NCBI GenBank assembly: GCA_951406725.2
Contig: OX597841.1
Coordinates: forward strand, 12,834,001 to 12,898,000
DNA from: Octopus vulgaris
Taxonomy: Eukaryota
Reading direction: 5' to 3'
Length of the DNA stretch: 64,000 nucleotides
Program-made: the position numbers and the translations under genes
Shown here: piece by piece, positions 40,066-53,774 of the stretch
Layout of the letters: the number at the start of each line of letters is the position of its first letter
How positions within the stretch are numbered: position 1 is the stretch's first letter
The notes under the pieces: model-generated
Database searches by the model: none
What the model was told of the DNA's origin: nothing
What the model saw: only the letters and a program-made list of their open reading frames with translations

Positions 40066-41146
40066 GTTTCTTTCAATTCACATTAACCACGTCCACTCAC
40101 AAGGCTTTGATCGGCCTGAAGCTATAGTAGAAGGCACTTGAAAAGGTACCACACAGCAGGATTGAACCCGGAGCTATGTGGTCAGGAAAGAAAATTTCTT
40201 ACCACACAGCTACGCCTATGAAAGCTAGACATGTGCACACATACAAATGTGTGTGTGTGTATGTGTGTGTTTGCATGTGTGTGTATGTGCGTGTGTGTAT
40301 GTGTGTGTATGGCTGTGTATGTATGTGTGTGTGTGAATGAATATATGTGAGTGTGTGAATGTGTGTGTGCATATATGTTTGTATGTATGTGTATGTGCGT
40401 GTACATGTGTGTATGCACGTGTGTGTATGTGTGTGTGTGAATATATGTGTGAGAATGTGTCTGTGTGAATGTGCATGTGTGTGTGTGCATGTGTGTGTGT
40501 CTGTGTATGTATGTATGTATGTGTGTGTGTGTGTGAATATATGTGAGAATGTGTTTGTGTGTGACTGTGTCTGTGTATGTATGTGTGTGTGTGTGAATAT
40601 ATGTGAGAGAATGTGTCTGTGTGTGAATGTGTGTGTGTGTGTGTCTGAGTATGTATGTATGTGTGTGTGAGAATGTGTGTGTGTGAGTGTGTTGTTTTTA
40701 CAAGGAAAGAAGGGTCAGCAGTACTTTGCAAATGTTGGCTTTGTAATTGTGTTTATGGATGTGGAACAACGACGCTTATTATGATGATGATGATGATGAT
40801 GATAACGTTGGTGACAGTAACGGGGGCGGCGGCGGTGTTGGTGTGTGTGTGGTGGTGGTGGTGGTGGTGGGAGGCTGGGGATGAGAGGAAGGCAACACAA
40901 TGCCGTTGACATTCAAAACTTCGACAGCAACAACCTTTGGGAACTAATTGGTGCAACAATAGCAGCAGAAGTAGTAGTAGTAGCAGCAGCAGCAGCAATT
41001 GTAGTAGTAGTAGTAGCAGCAGTAGTAATACTCTGACTACTGTCACCACTGTTTTCCAGTGTCATGTTATTTAGACTGGGTGTGTTCATGTGTGTGTGTG
41101 TGTGCTTATAAATTTGTGTGTGTCTATATATATATATAGATACATA

Positions 41147-41184
<38 letters not shown>

Positions 41185-41280
41185 TGTGTGCATACATATA
41201 TATATATGCATACACACACACATATAGATATACACATTATATATATATATATCCATATCTATGTATATATAAATATACTA

Positions 41281-41311
<31 letters not shown>

Positions 41312-41937
41312 GTATATGTATGTATGTATGTATATGTATGTATATATTTATATATGTATATATAATATATGTGTGTGTTCAGAGGGGGTGAGAGTAATTG
41401 ATGTATATACAGGCATACATACATACATATATGCTTATGTACAACACACACAAACACACATAAATGTAAGCGCATGGCAGTGTGTGTGTGTGCGTGCATA
41501 CGTGTGTGTGTGTGTGTGTCAGAGAGAGAGAATGCGTTGAGTAGGATAATGAAGATTCTACAGTTGCTTTTAAATACCAATCTACTAACGAGCTGAAACA
41601 GAAGCCAGTTTGGCGACGCATAGACACCAAAATACACACACACACACACACACACCCCTCCAAAACACACATATACACACAGACAGACAGACAAACAGGC
41701 AGCAACACATAACCGGTGACTGTCCAATCAGACAAAAGATTGTCTCGGCCTGTTTTCATTTCCACCCCCACCCCCCATAAAGCTCCCCCCCTCACTTATA
41801 TAATACCCCCATTTTGAACGAGTGTTCCACAACCCGAGCGTGAGCATCCACTCTCTCTCTCTCATAGCAACAGTGTCCACTCACTCTGTCCGCATCAGAC
41901 TGAAGGCCCTCTCTGTGTGGCGCAACCGTCAACCGCG

Positions 41938-41943
41938 TATAAG
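41938..41943 (+). promoter_or_regulatory. Candidate TATA box of the M4 protease gene
   Basis: TATAAG ~130 nt upstream of the ATG in unique sequence; CCAAT at ~41724. Confidence 0.45.
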
Positions 41944-42070
41944 GCCCTACACCTGGAAAGTTGGCTGTTTTAAACATTTGCCTCTGTCCCCTGGCTCAAA
42001 GTCCACTGTTCCATCCTTGCTGTGACTCTGCTTGACCAATTCTGACTGACCACTGTGACACAGAGAGACG

Positions 42071-42119
42071 ATGGCTACCTGTAGAGTTGGGGTCCTGCTC
42101 CTGTTTCTCGTAATACTTG
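42071..42119 (+). CDS. M4 metalloprotease exon 1 (signal peptide N-terminal part)
   Basis: gacgATGG Kozak context; MATCRVGVLLLFLVIL + G then a consensus gtgagt donor; phase 1 joins exon 2 (G|CG = Ala). Confidence 0.8.
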
Positions 42120-42172
42120 GTGAGTTAAACGTACAATTTCTTGGTGTAAGTGTGTGTCTGTATGTACATGCA

Positions 42173-42263
<91 letters not shown>

Positions 42264-42690
42264 GTGTGTGTGTCCATCATCGCTTGACAACCGATGCTGG
42301 TGTGTTTACATCCCTGTAACTTAGCGGTTCTACAAAAGAGACTGATAGAATAAGTACTAGGCTCACAAAGAATAAGTCCTGGGAGTCGATTTGCTCGACT
42401 AAAGGCAGTGCTCCAGCATGGCCGCAGTCAAATGACTGAAACAGATAAAAGACTAAAAGAAAAAAATGTTAGCAAAATTTCAGGAAGTATGGAAGACCTG
42501 AAGGATGTTCGTTTCCTGACAGCGAACAACTGATGCAGGCAGTTGAGTCCATGCTTCATCGATTCTGAAACTGTAAAAATATGTTTCTGAAAGTCATGGG
42601 TATATTTATAGCCATGTGGATGTGGATGTGCATATGTGTGCCTCTCTCTCTCTCTCACTCTGTATTTATATAAATATGTGTGTATTATAG

Positions 42691-42734
<44 letters not shown>

Positions 42735-42877
42735 AATTAGAAAAAAAAACACCTTTTATCAATTCAATAATGAAAAATTACATCTTATAGAAAGATTAAA
42801 TATAAGATAAAACATATAACGATGATAAAGTAAAGTGCAAAATTCCCTGTAAGTTTGGAATTAGATTCCCTCATATT

Positions 42878-42909
<32 letters not shown>

Positions 42910-43101
42910 AATGGCGGTGCCCCAGCATGGCCACAGCTCATGAGCTGAAACTAGAATCAATCAATCAATCAATCATATGTATGTATATTCATCAAGTTGC
43001 CAGCTTGCAAAACCAATTAAGGGGGAAATTAATACAAAAGCTTATAATTTTTTCCTTATGTATAAAATACATTTAAATATATATTATCATATATATATGT
43101 A

Positions 43102-43155
<54 letters not shown>

Positions 43156-43289
43156 AAATATGTATAATGATATATTTAAAAATGTTAATTAGACAATTTT
43201 CATATTTATATATTAGATAATAATATAATAGATATTTAGAAATATTTCTTTTTAAATTTAAATAGCTGTCTCACATATATACAGACAAA

Positions 43290-43345
43290 AGGAGATAGAG
43301 AGAAAATTAGACAGGCAGACAGACGAGCAGTCAGGCAAGAGAGAA

Positions 43346-43404
<59 letters not shown>

Positions 43405-43424
43405 CAGACAGACAGACAGACAGA

Positions 43425-43488
<64 letters not shown>

Positions 43489-43505
43489 CAGATAGACAGA
43501 CAGAC

Positions 43506-43600
<95 letters not shown>

Positions 43601-43649
43601 TAGATAGATAGAGAGAGAGATAGATAGACAGACATATAGATAAGTAGAC

Positions 43650-43700
<51 letters not shown>

Positions 43701-43762
43701 TAGATAGATAGATAGAGTGATGGACAGAGATGGATGGACAGACAGACAGAGAGACAGACATA

Positions 43763-43830
<68 letters not shown>

Positions 43831-43980
43831 TAGATATAGATAGATAGAGTGATGGACAGAGATGGATGGACAGACAGACAGAGGTGGAGAGAGAGAGAGA
43901 GAGAGAGAGATAAATAAATAGATGGATGGATGAATAAAAACAGACAGACAGACAGACAGACGGGCAGACAGACAGAGAAT
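43290..43980. repeat. (GA)n/(GATA)n/(GACA)n compound microsatellite
   Basis: Directly visible. Confidence 0.95.
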
Positions 43981-44067
43981 GAAAAGTGAAAGAAAAAGTA
44001 AAGTCGATTGTTTTATGTGACACATGTATATTCTGATCTGATAGAATTTAACGAAGCAAAACATTGA

Positions 44068-44136
<69 letters not shown>

Positions 44137-46061
44137 AGTCTCCGGTCTAACACTTGAAAGGTTATTTAGTTGAGTTTCTCCATAATAAACCCAGCTCCTA
44201 TTAGAATTCGTTATTAGTAATTATTCCAAGGCTGTCGTTAGCTGGCAGATTCATTACTGTGCCCCTGTAAAAATGCTAAGTGGTATTTCAGCTCTCTTTA
44301 CATTCTGAGTTCAAAATCCCCCAAGGTCGACTTTTCCTTTCATCCCCTTCGGGGTCAATAAAATCAAACCTGGGTGCCAAACCCCTAATTAATGAAGTTA
44401 ACATTTTTGTTAACAATTTCAATTTTAAGTTAACATTGGAAATCATTATTGGACTAATTAAATTCCATTAACACAAATCTACTTGAGTTAACTTCATTTG
44501 AATTGAAGTTAAAGGATTTTATAGTTTTGGCCCTTTTTAAAGGTGTTTTTAGGTGATTCTAGAGCAAAAACTGGTTTGGGGGGGAGGGTTTCTATAATTA
44601 AAATAAACATTAACGGTTTATCGATAACTTCTCTTACATTTTTAAAGAATTAACAAATTGATGTTTATCAAAGTTTACTTTTTGGTTAACAGATTAACGG
44701 TTAACAAAGTTAACATTTTGATTAACAGTACCCACCTTTAAACAAAATATGAACCAGCTGTTCTGGGGTTGATGTAATTGATTTATCTCCCGCCACAGAA
44801 ATTGCTGGTCTTGTGCCAAAATTTGAAACCCACAATTATTGCATTTCTGCCTCTTCTGTCTTATTGAACAAAGCATTTTTCTTAATGAGGAAAAGTTGCA
44901 CACCTCACATCTTTAGATATTGATCTTCTACTGGTGATTATAAAAACCCTTATAGCTTTCAATATCCAAAGACCCGTGACCTAATGGTGGAGGTGTTGCT
45001 CTCACAGTCTAGTGATTTGGGGTCAGAGAAATTGAAGGGGAAAATAAGACCAACACCTGGACATGGCTAAATGGTCTGAAAGGATGCCCTGATGCCCTGA
45101 TTTATAGCATCCAGGAACAAGCTCTGAGAACTAATTGTACCAAGTTCCGCATAGATAAGAGCAGTGAATCACCCCTTTGCAGCGAAAATGGAACAATCTC
45201 ATATGTTGAGAGTGAATCTAGCAAACTGGCCCAAAACCACAATAGAAGGAGGCATGATAATGTGGCAAAGTTTGTTCACTGGAGACTGAGTGAGGAATAC
45301 AGTTTTGGAAGAATATTGAAATGGAATGAACCAACACCAGATTTCAAGTGATGTTGGGGGAAGCAAACACAAAGACACACACATAAATATATACAAACAT
45401 ATATATATACACAACAGGCTTCTTTCAGTTTCCGTCTAACAAATCCCCTCATAAGGCTTTGGTTGGCCCAAGGCTATAGTAAAAGACACTTGACCAAGGT
45501 GCCATGCAGTGGGATTGAACCCAGAACCATGTGGTTAGGAAGCAAGCTTCTTACCACACAGCTATGATAGACCAGTCCAAGCTGTATACCACCCCTGGGG
45601 TGCTGTACTCATGTTGTCCTTCAGCTTTAGGGATCTTACCAGAATGAGGATCCTGGATCCTGATGTCAACTCTGTCCATCATTTACTACAAATGCTCCTT
45701 TGTCCCCTATACTCCAGGTAAGAGAGGTGGGGGGAAGTCATATTTTTCTGGGGTACATCACATTTCTGCTTAAATGTTAAGGGATTGCTGGAACAATTCT
45801 TTGGCATTATTAAAGCAAAGTTCCCTCCACAGCATAAATATCAGCAGATGTTTAACTTGTTTACGACAAAACTCTTTTATTCTACCACACCTAATATACG
45901 TCCTGCCATTGTCACTTCAAACGAATATAAATTCGGTCATAACAACACACGTAATTCTTATCAAAGCAGTCGTGGCTATAATAACTCTGTAACAACTGTT
46001 TTAATAGTAGGGAGAATTAGTTCAGTTAATAGTAGTTTAATTAACGAGGATAATGAAGATG

Positions 46062-46094
<33 letters not shown>

Positions 46095-46357
46095 TTATAA
46101 TAAATAAATACGCCCTTTTAAAGCCTAGCCAGGCTCATGGGCCTGGTTTCCCAGTTTCAATGGTCTATGTGTTCTCCATCTGGACGGGACGACAGTCCAT
46201 CGCAGTGTTACTCATTTTTGCCAGCTGAGTGGACTGGAGCAATGTGAAATGAAGTGTTTTGCTCAAGAACACAGCACGTCGCCCGGTCCAGGAATCGAAA
46301 CCACAATCTTACAATCATGGTGCTGGCACCCTAACCACTAAACCACATGCCTCCACA

Positions 46358-46433
<76 letters not shown>

Positions 46434-46856
46434 CGAAAGGCAAAGTCACCCTCAGTGGAATTTGAACTCAGAACCTAGTGACAGGCAAAATACTGCAAAG
46501 CTTTATGCCTGATGTGCTAACGATTCTGCCAGCTCACTGCCATAACATTAATAATAATAATAATAACGATAATGATAATAATAATAATAATAATGATGAT
46601 GATAATAAGAGCAACAAGTTATAATAATGATAATAACTGGATAATGTCTTTTCCCATATCAAAAGATAACTAAAGCCCTTCACCTCTCCTCACATCCACC
46701 CTTTCTCTCTCTCTCTCTCTCCAGCATTTTATCACATAAATTCTAACTAATAATTATGATGATTGTGGTAATAAGAGAATTAGTACATACTTTAGTAATA
46801 GTAATAATAATATTAGTATTGATATTATTATTATTGTTGTTATTATTATTATTATT

Positions 46857-47013
46857 AGGAGTGGCTGTGTGGTAAGTGGCTTGCTTACCAACCACTTGGT
46901 TCTGGGTTCAGTCCAACTGTGTGACACCTTGGGCAAGTGTCTTCTACTATAGCCTTGTGAGTGGATTTGGTAGATGGAAACTAAAAGAAGCCTGCCATAT
47001 ATATGTATGTATG

Positions 47014-47045
<32 letters not shown>

Positions 47046-47255
47046 AATATGTTTGTGTATCTGTGTTTGTCTCCCCATTATCACTTGACAGCTGACGCTG
47101 GTGTGTTTACGTTCCCGTAACTTAGCAGTTTGGCAAAAGAGACCGATAGAATAAGTAATAGGCTTACAAAGAATAAGTCCTGGGGTCGATTTCTTCGACT
47201 AAAGGCAGTGCTCCAGCATGGCCACAGTCACATGACTGAAACAAGTAAAAGAGAG
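46857..47255 (+). mobile_element. SINE family A
   Basis: Matches other copies. Confidence 0.85.
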
Positions 47256-47419
47256 TTACGTCCATCAAAACCTCAAAGCCACAAGATAATGCATGATTAA
47301 TAAAAGACTTGTGAATAAAAAAACCATTCCTTTCGACAGAAAACTGCTGAGGCCGAAGGGTTAAAGATCTTTTTCTCATAATATTCTCTTCAAATATTAT
47401 TATTATTTTTTTCTTCTTT

Positions 47420-48415
47420 AAGGCAGTGAGCTGACAGAATCATTAGTGCAATGGACAAAATACTTAACAGTATTTCGCCCATCAAAGGCAGCAAGCTGGC
47501 AGAAGCGCTATTGCACCGGGCGAAATTCTGATCGATATTTCGTCTGCCGTTACGTTCTGAGTTCAAATTCCGCCGAGGTCGACTTTGCCTTTCATCCTTT
47601 CGGGGTTGATTAAATTAAGTACCAGTTACGCACTGGGGTGGATGTAATCAACTTAATGCGTTTGTCTGTCCTTGTTTGTCCCCGTGTTTAGCCCCTTGTA
47701 GGTAGTAAAGAAATAGGTATTTTGTCTGCCGTTATGTTCTGAGTTCAAATTCCGCCAAGGTCGACTTTGCCTTTCATCCTTTCGGGGGTCGATAGAATAA
47801 GTACCAGTTAAAGCCTGGGGAGGTCGATGTAATCAACTTAATACCTATGTCTGTCCATGTTTGTCCTCTCTGTATTTAGCCCCTTGTGGGTAGTAAAGAA
47901 ATAGGTATTTCGTCTGCCGCTACATTCTGAGTTCAAATTCCGCCGAGGTTGACTTTGCCTTTCATCCTTTCAGAGTCGATAAATTAAGTACCAGTTACAC
48001 ACTGGGGTCGATGTAATCGACTTAATGCATTTGTCTGTCCTCGTGTTTGTCCCCTTGTGGGTAGTAAAGAAATAGGTATTTTGTCTGCCGTTATGTTCTG
48101 AGTTCAAATTCCGCCAAGGTTGACTTTACCTTTCATCCTTTCGGGGTCGATAAATTAAGTACCAGTTACGCACTGAGGTCGATGTAATCGACTTAATCCC
48201 TTTGTCTGTCCTTGTTTGTCCTCTCTGTGTTTAGCCCCTTGTGGGTAGTAAAGAAATAGGTATTTTGTCTGCTGTTATGTTCTGAGTTCAAATTCCGCCA
48301 TGGTCGACTTTACCTTTTATGCTTTCGGGGTCGATAGAATAAGTATCAGTTAAAGACTGGGGTCTATGTAACTGACTCGCCCCCTCCCCTAAAGTTGTGG
48401 CAAAATTTGAAACCA
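47420..48415 (+). mobile_element. SINE family B with five tandem internal units
   Basis: Units starting tatttYgtctgcYg at ~47536, 47718, 47905, 48077 and 48261. Confidence 0.88.
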
Positions 48416-48448
48416 TTATTATCTTCCTCTTTCTCTCTCTCTCTCTAG

Positions 48449-50295
48449 CGTTCCTGGGGAGCCATTGTGTGACGTCAGCGAAATGGCGACAGGCTCGGGA
48501 CGTGTTCCTGTCCAACGTGGAGACGCTGAGTGAGATGGTGAAGCGACAGCCGAGTCACATGATCACCACACGTGACCTGTTTGGTCTAACCAAGGACGAG
48601 GATGTCGAATTAACAGATTCAGCACCAAGCGTACAAGGAACAGACATCAAAAAGTACCACGAGACTTACAGAGGACTTCCCGTGTTTGATGCCACCCTCA
48701 CCGTGGAGACGGATGCCAAAACCCATGTGTACACGGGCCAGGTGACAGGTAAACTGGTTCAAAACCTTGATGATGACATCAACTCTACAATACCAAATGT
48801 CACTGAACAGGAAGCTGTGCAGTTAGCTCTGATGTATGGCAAATTCCCTATGGAAGGGGCCCGCATAGACAGTGACAAACCTCAGTTGATGATCTATGTG
48901 AAGGACAGTATCGGAATTCTGGTTTACCGAGTTCAATACTTCGCTGTGTCTGATGGGGAAAATTATCGATTTTGCATGATGATCAATGCAAAGAATGGAA
49001 GGCTTGTAGACAAATGGAACACACTAGAAACTGCGAGAGAGAAATATCAGATGAAAGGCATAGGAGGGAACAAATTGATAGGGAAGAAAACATACGGGGA
49101 ACTGCTCCCTTATTTGCAGGTGAGGCGGACGGGAGAAGATTGCTATTTCCGCAACAGCTTCGTGATCGTTGTGAACCTGAATGGAAAGGAGTTTCTCTCA
49201 GATGAGGATGAAAAAACTTATCATACCAACTGCAAGAATGGTGCAAAGGATGAAATAAATGGAGCTTATTCCCCGATAAATGATGCTCTTTTCTACGGTA
49301 CCATTATCCACAATATGTACATGGAATGGGTGAAAGTGCCCCCGAAGAAACAATTGCCTATGATCTTTCGGGTGCACTACGGACACAACACGGCCGTGGC
49401 TAACTACAACGGCCGAAACTTTACGTTTGGTGATGGTGATGACACCTTCCTGCCTCTTGTCGGCCTCGACATAGTTGCACACGAAGTGACACACTGCTTC
49501 ACAGAAGAACATTCAAACCTGGTGTACGAGGGTCAGTCAGGGGGCATCGACGAATCCTTCAGTGACCTGGCCGGAGAGGCAGCCGAATATTTTGAAAAAG
49601 GAAGCAACGACTGGGAAGCTGGAGGCGGCGTCACCAAAAATTCGATACGCAAACTTTGTAAACAATCGGAGGATGGTAAATCAATCACAGATGCTGGAAA
49701 CATCTCCGATGATATGGATGTGCACTACCTCAGCGGAGTGTTCAACCGGTTCTACTGTCTGTTAGCCAATTACAAAGACTGGAGTGTTAAGAAAGTATTC
49801 CAGATAACGGCACACAGCAACCGTTTCTACTGGCATCCAAAAACCAACTTCACAGAGGCTGCTTGTGACATCATGAAGTCCACTTATGATCTCGGCTATG
49901 ATACAGCTTCTGTACAGGAATCTTTTGCAAAAGTAGGCATCAAAGTCTGCGATATATCTATGTACATCCGCAACATTCATGAGAACTCAGTAGTTGAGGG
50001 TCTGAGTTCAGTTCCTGGAGAGAAAATCTTGTTTAAACTCAATGTGAAAACGGTATCATTAAAGAAAGTGAAAGTTATTACTTTTGCTGGAACCGGAGAA
50101 GTAGATGTTTATGCTTGCTACAAAAGAAGTCGGTGCTCTGAACGTTTGACAAAATGGCGATCAAGTCAGCCCGGAACGGACCAATTCCTTTCGATTAGAC
50201 ATCCAAAAGTGGGAAAATACTTCGTAACGCTAAAACCAAAAACAAGGTCATATTTTGCAAATGTAACAATCAAAGTGAATTATGAAAAAGATTAA
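48449..50295 (+). CDS. Secreted peptidase family M4 (thermolysin/vibriolysin-like neutral zinc metalloprotease) exon 2: FTP + PepSY propeptide, catalytic domain, C-terminal PPC-like domain
   Basis: HEVTH (49480-49494) + GGIDESFSD zinc ligands; INGAYSPINDA, VHYG, TFGDG..F.PLV.LD, DVHY.SGVFNR motifs as in LasB/vibriolysin; (CT)n-tag acceptor at 48448; AATAAA at 50309. Confidence 0.96.
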
Positions 50296-50629
50296 AATAT
50301 TTCTTTTAAATAAAAAAAAGTCTTCTTTTATTTTCTTTTGTGTTCTAAAAACCATGCATGAACAGAGCTTTCGTAAGATCAAATTCAGTTCATTTTAAAT
50401 TAAATTTAGTAATTGTCTTAACAAAGTCTAATTAAATTGATAAATGCAAAAACAAAAACTGTGACCCCAATCAGAACTAATCGAAGCTGTTATTGATTAC
50501 ATCAATTTAAATACACACACGCACACATATATACATCTACATACACCAGCATCATCAGTTTTAACCTCCACTTTCCATGCTTGCATGGACTAGATAAAAT
50601 TTACATATCTATCTATCTATCTATCTATC

Positions 50630-50669
<40 letters not shown>

Positions 50670-50969
50670 TATACTTCATTAAAAAACAGCAAAAATATCA
50701 CAAAAACTGTATATGGATACACAATATGTGTTTCTATCAAGGTAATTGTATTTCTGCATATAACTTTATCTTGCTCCATTCTTAACAAAACTGTGCATTC
50801 TTGGAGTGGTTGGCATTAGGAAGGGCATCTAGCTGTAGAAACCATATCAAATCAGACAAGAGTCTGGCGCAGGCCCTCAGTTTATCAGCCCTGGTCACAC
50901 CATCCAACCCATGCCAGCATGAACAACAGATGTTAAATGATGATGTTTTATATTTTAGTATTGATGCAA

Positions 50970-52115
50970 TTACATCTCTGCATGAAGAGATACATGCGTA
51001 GTTAAGTGACTTTTTTGAGAGAATGATTTGCCACAGACATCACAGTGATATGGCTTCTCCCCTGTATGGACACGTTTGTGTGTTGTCAGTTCACCACTCT
51101 GAGAAAAAGATGAACCACAGATATCACAGTGGTATGGTTTCTCTCCCGTATGAACACGTATGTGTCTGGTTAATTCACCACTCTGCGAGAACGGCTTGCC
51201 ACAGATATCGCAATGGTATGGATTCTCTCCCGTATGAATACGCCTGTGTTTAGTCAAGACACTGTTTTCAGAGAATGATTTACCACAGATATCGCAGTTG
51301 TAAGGCCTCTCTCCTGTGTGAATTCGTATGTGTCTTGTTAAATCGCTCCCCCTTGAGAATGATTTACCACAGATATCACACTGGTATATTTTCTCTTCTG
51401 CATGAAAATACTTATGTATGGTTAATTCGCTGCTTCCATAGAATGATTTACCACAGATATCACAATGAAATGGCTTCTCTCCTGTATGAACACGTTTGTG
51501 CTTTGTTAACTCACCACTCTGAGAGAACGACTTGTCACAGACATCGCATTGATATGGTTTTTCCCCTGTGTGAATGCGCTTGTGAGTAATCAGGTTGCTA
51601 CTGCCCGAGCAGGACTTACCACAGATATCACAGTGATATGGTTTCTCTCCTGTATGAATACGCTTATGAGTGGTTAGGTTACCTTTACGAGAGAACGATT
51701 TACCACAGATGTCGCAACGATAGGGTTTTTCTCCCGTGTGAATACGGTTGTGAATAGTCAGTTCCCCACTCTGAGAGAATGATTTACCACAGATGTCACA
51801 GCAATAGGGTCTCTCCCCTGTATGAATCCGTTTATGAGTGGTGAGGTTACCTTTTTGAGAGAAAGACACACCACATACATCGCAGTGAAACGGCTTCTCT
51901 CCTGTATGAATACGTTTGTGTTTAGTTAAATCACCATTTTCAGTGAATGATTTGCCACAGATATCACACTGATGGGACTTCTCTCCGGCAGGAATGCGCT
52001 TGAGTTTTGTTAAGTCACTACTTCCAGAGAACGGCTTACCATGGACATCACCATAGGATGACTTTCCAATCACTTTTGGCATATCTTCAGGATAAAACTC
52101 AATTAAGTTTCTCAT
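50970..52115 (-). CDS. C2H2 zinc-finger protein with 12 intact fingers and one degenerate finger
   Basis: Tandem C-x2-C-x12-H-x3-H with TGEKP linkers; first in-frame ATG at 52115 (the ORF track starts at TTG 52124); candidate acceptor at 52432. Confidence 0.93.
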   Translation of the reverse strand: MRNLIEFYPEDMPKVIGKSSYGDVHGKPFSGSSDLTKLKRIPAGEKSHQCDICGKSFTENGDLTKHKRIHTGEKPFHCDVCGVSFSQKGNLTTHKRIHTGERPYCCDICGKSFSQSGELTIHNRIHTGEKPYRCDICGKSFSRKGNLTTHKRIHTGEKPYHCDICGKSCSGSSNLITHKRIHTGEKPYQCDVCDKSFSQSGELTKHKRVHTGEKPFHCDICGKSFYGSSELTIHKYFHAEEKIYQCDICGKSFSRGSDLTRHIRIHTGERPYNCDICGKSFSENSVLTKHRRIHTGENPYHCDICGKPFSQSGELTRHIRVHTGEKPYHCDICGSSFSQSGELTTHKRVHTGEKPYHCDVCGKSFSQKSHLTTHVSLHAEM

Positions 52116-52549
52116 ATAATCCAAAGAGGATATTTTCCCTATTTTCCTTTTATTGTATATTCCTCACAAATATTTCTACTGCTCTATTTCCAGTAACCAT
52201 AATCTGTCAATATTTGAAGATGCTGTAAAATTCTTTGCAAAATCATCCAAGTTTAATTAAAAAGGAAAACGAATTTGAAGAAGAGAATTGATGTCATTCC
52301 ACTTATTTCAACATAATTCTTTGGAATTATCAAATCCGTTCCGCATCACATTTTCTTTTAGTCTTTCGAAGATGATAAATATTGACGACGCATCTGATGA
52401 AGAATGAATCAATGCCAAGGTCATCCAATATTCTGAAACAAGATAAAGAAACAATAATGTAAGATATGAAGGAAACAGATTTGAAATGCAAAGATATAAA
52501 AACAAAGGATATTTTTTTTCAGGGAATTTCTTTGGAGAATCTGTTGATG

Positions 52550-52790
52550 TAAAAAACACCATCTGAGAGTGGCCGTTCGCCAGCCTCGTCTGGCACCTGT
52601 GTCAGTGGCACATAAAAAAGCACCCACTACACTCACGGAGTGGTTGGCGTTAGGAAGGGCATCCAGCTGTAGAAACATTGCCAGATCTGACTGGGCCTGG
52701 TGCAGCCTTCTGGCTTCCCAGACCCCAGTTGAACCGTCCAACCCATGCTAGCATGGAAAACTTACATTAAACGATGATGATGATGATGAT
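52550..52790 (+). mobile_element. SINE family C containing one copy of the 62-bp unit
   Basis: Reverse complement of 33722-33950. Confidence 0.85.
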
Positions 52791-53774
52791 TAACCAAGAA
52801 CAGCTGAACATTTTATAACCTAAATGTATTTAAGTTCATTTTGTGTTGAATCAAAAGTTTTGAAATATTTTGGTAACTTATTTTAGTTGCAATAAAAACA
52901 GCCAAACATTCAAAGTAGAGGCCACCGTGTTGTACCATCTGAAGCCACCTTTCAGCCATACAAGTTCTCGTCCTTCAAGATGAAGGGTTCCTCTTGGTTG
53001 ATGAAGCACTGCAAGCACAGGAAGGGAATCAGGGACCAGAACAAGGAATAATCTTACGGAGATATTTTTCCCAAAATTCTAACATGCATAATAAACTCCA
53101 AGGTAAGATCCAGTGGGCTCAAAAGGAGCCACAAACACAGGGAATAATAAAAGTAAGAATCGAAATGGGGAAAGGAAAAATCAAATTGATAATTTACAAT
53201 TGGCATTGTGTGAGATATCGTCTGAGTAACGAAACAAGTGTAATGTCAATCTGATTTCTCCTTTGTACATTTAAATTACATAGTAAAACAGGAGACTGGA
53301 AAAATTTTCTGGTATTATATAGTCACCATTACATGTGTTTCATTTCCTAATAGGAGTTACCAAATTGGACATGCAGGAGAAAACATAAAGGTATTTCCTA
53401 TAAGAAATTCATCAGGTAGAGAATCAAGTAATACACTGTCTTCAGCATGGCAGTGCTCCAGAGGGGGTCTTGTATGTTTGAGACAAGCACTTCAGGCATG
53501 AAAGTGCCAACAGCCAAACTTTCCCGAGATGCTTGCATGGAAATGAAACTGTCCAGCATACAATCATTTAGTGTCTATGCATTAGAGAGTTGTGAGATTG
53601 TGTGGGGCAGTTGTTGTTGCATGCAAGACAAATTCAACTGTCTGCTGAGTGTATTGTGAAGATCAACACAACACCTTCATTTAGCAGAGAAGGAAGGCAG
53701 ATCTTTCTCTGCTTAGTGGCTGTGACAAAAGAGGTTGTGTGGTGGACCCATCTGAAAGGTTTGGAGACAGGCAC

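Noticed and set aside
48397-48448. ORF-track N-terminus MAKFETIIIFLFLSLSL as the M4 signal peptide
   Set aside because: It starts at GTG inside SINE tail and CT-repeat sequence; better explained as an intron end with the acceptor at 48448
48449-50295. Bacterial contamination explaining the M4 ORF
   Set aside because: No neighbouring bacterial genes or RBS/start; flanked by host SINEs, a splice acceptor and a poly(A) signal. Read-level confirmation is still needed
52390-52450. CTGATGA...GAAA...TA hammerhead-like spacing
   Set aside because: Stems I and III do not pair; overlaps a zinc-finger gene splice acceptor
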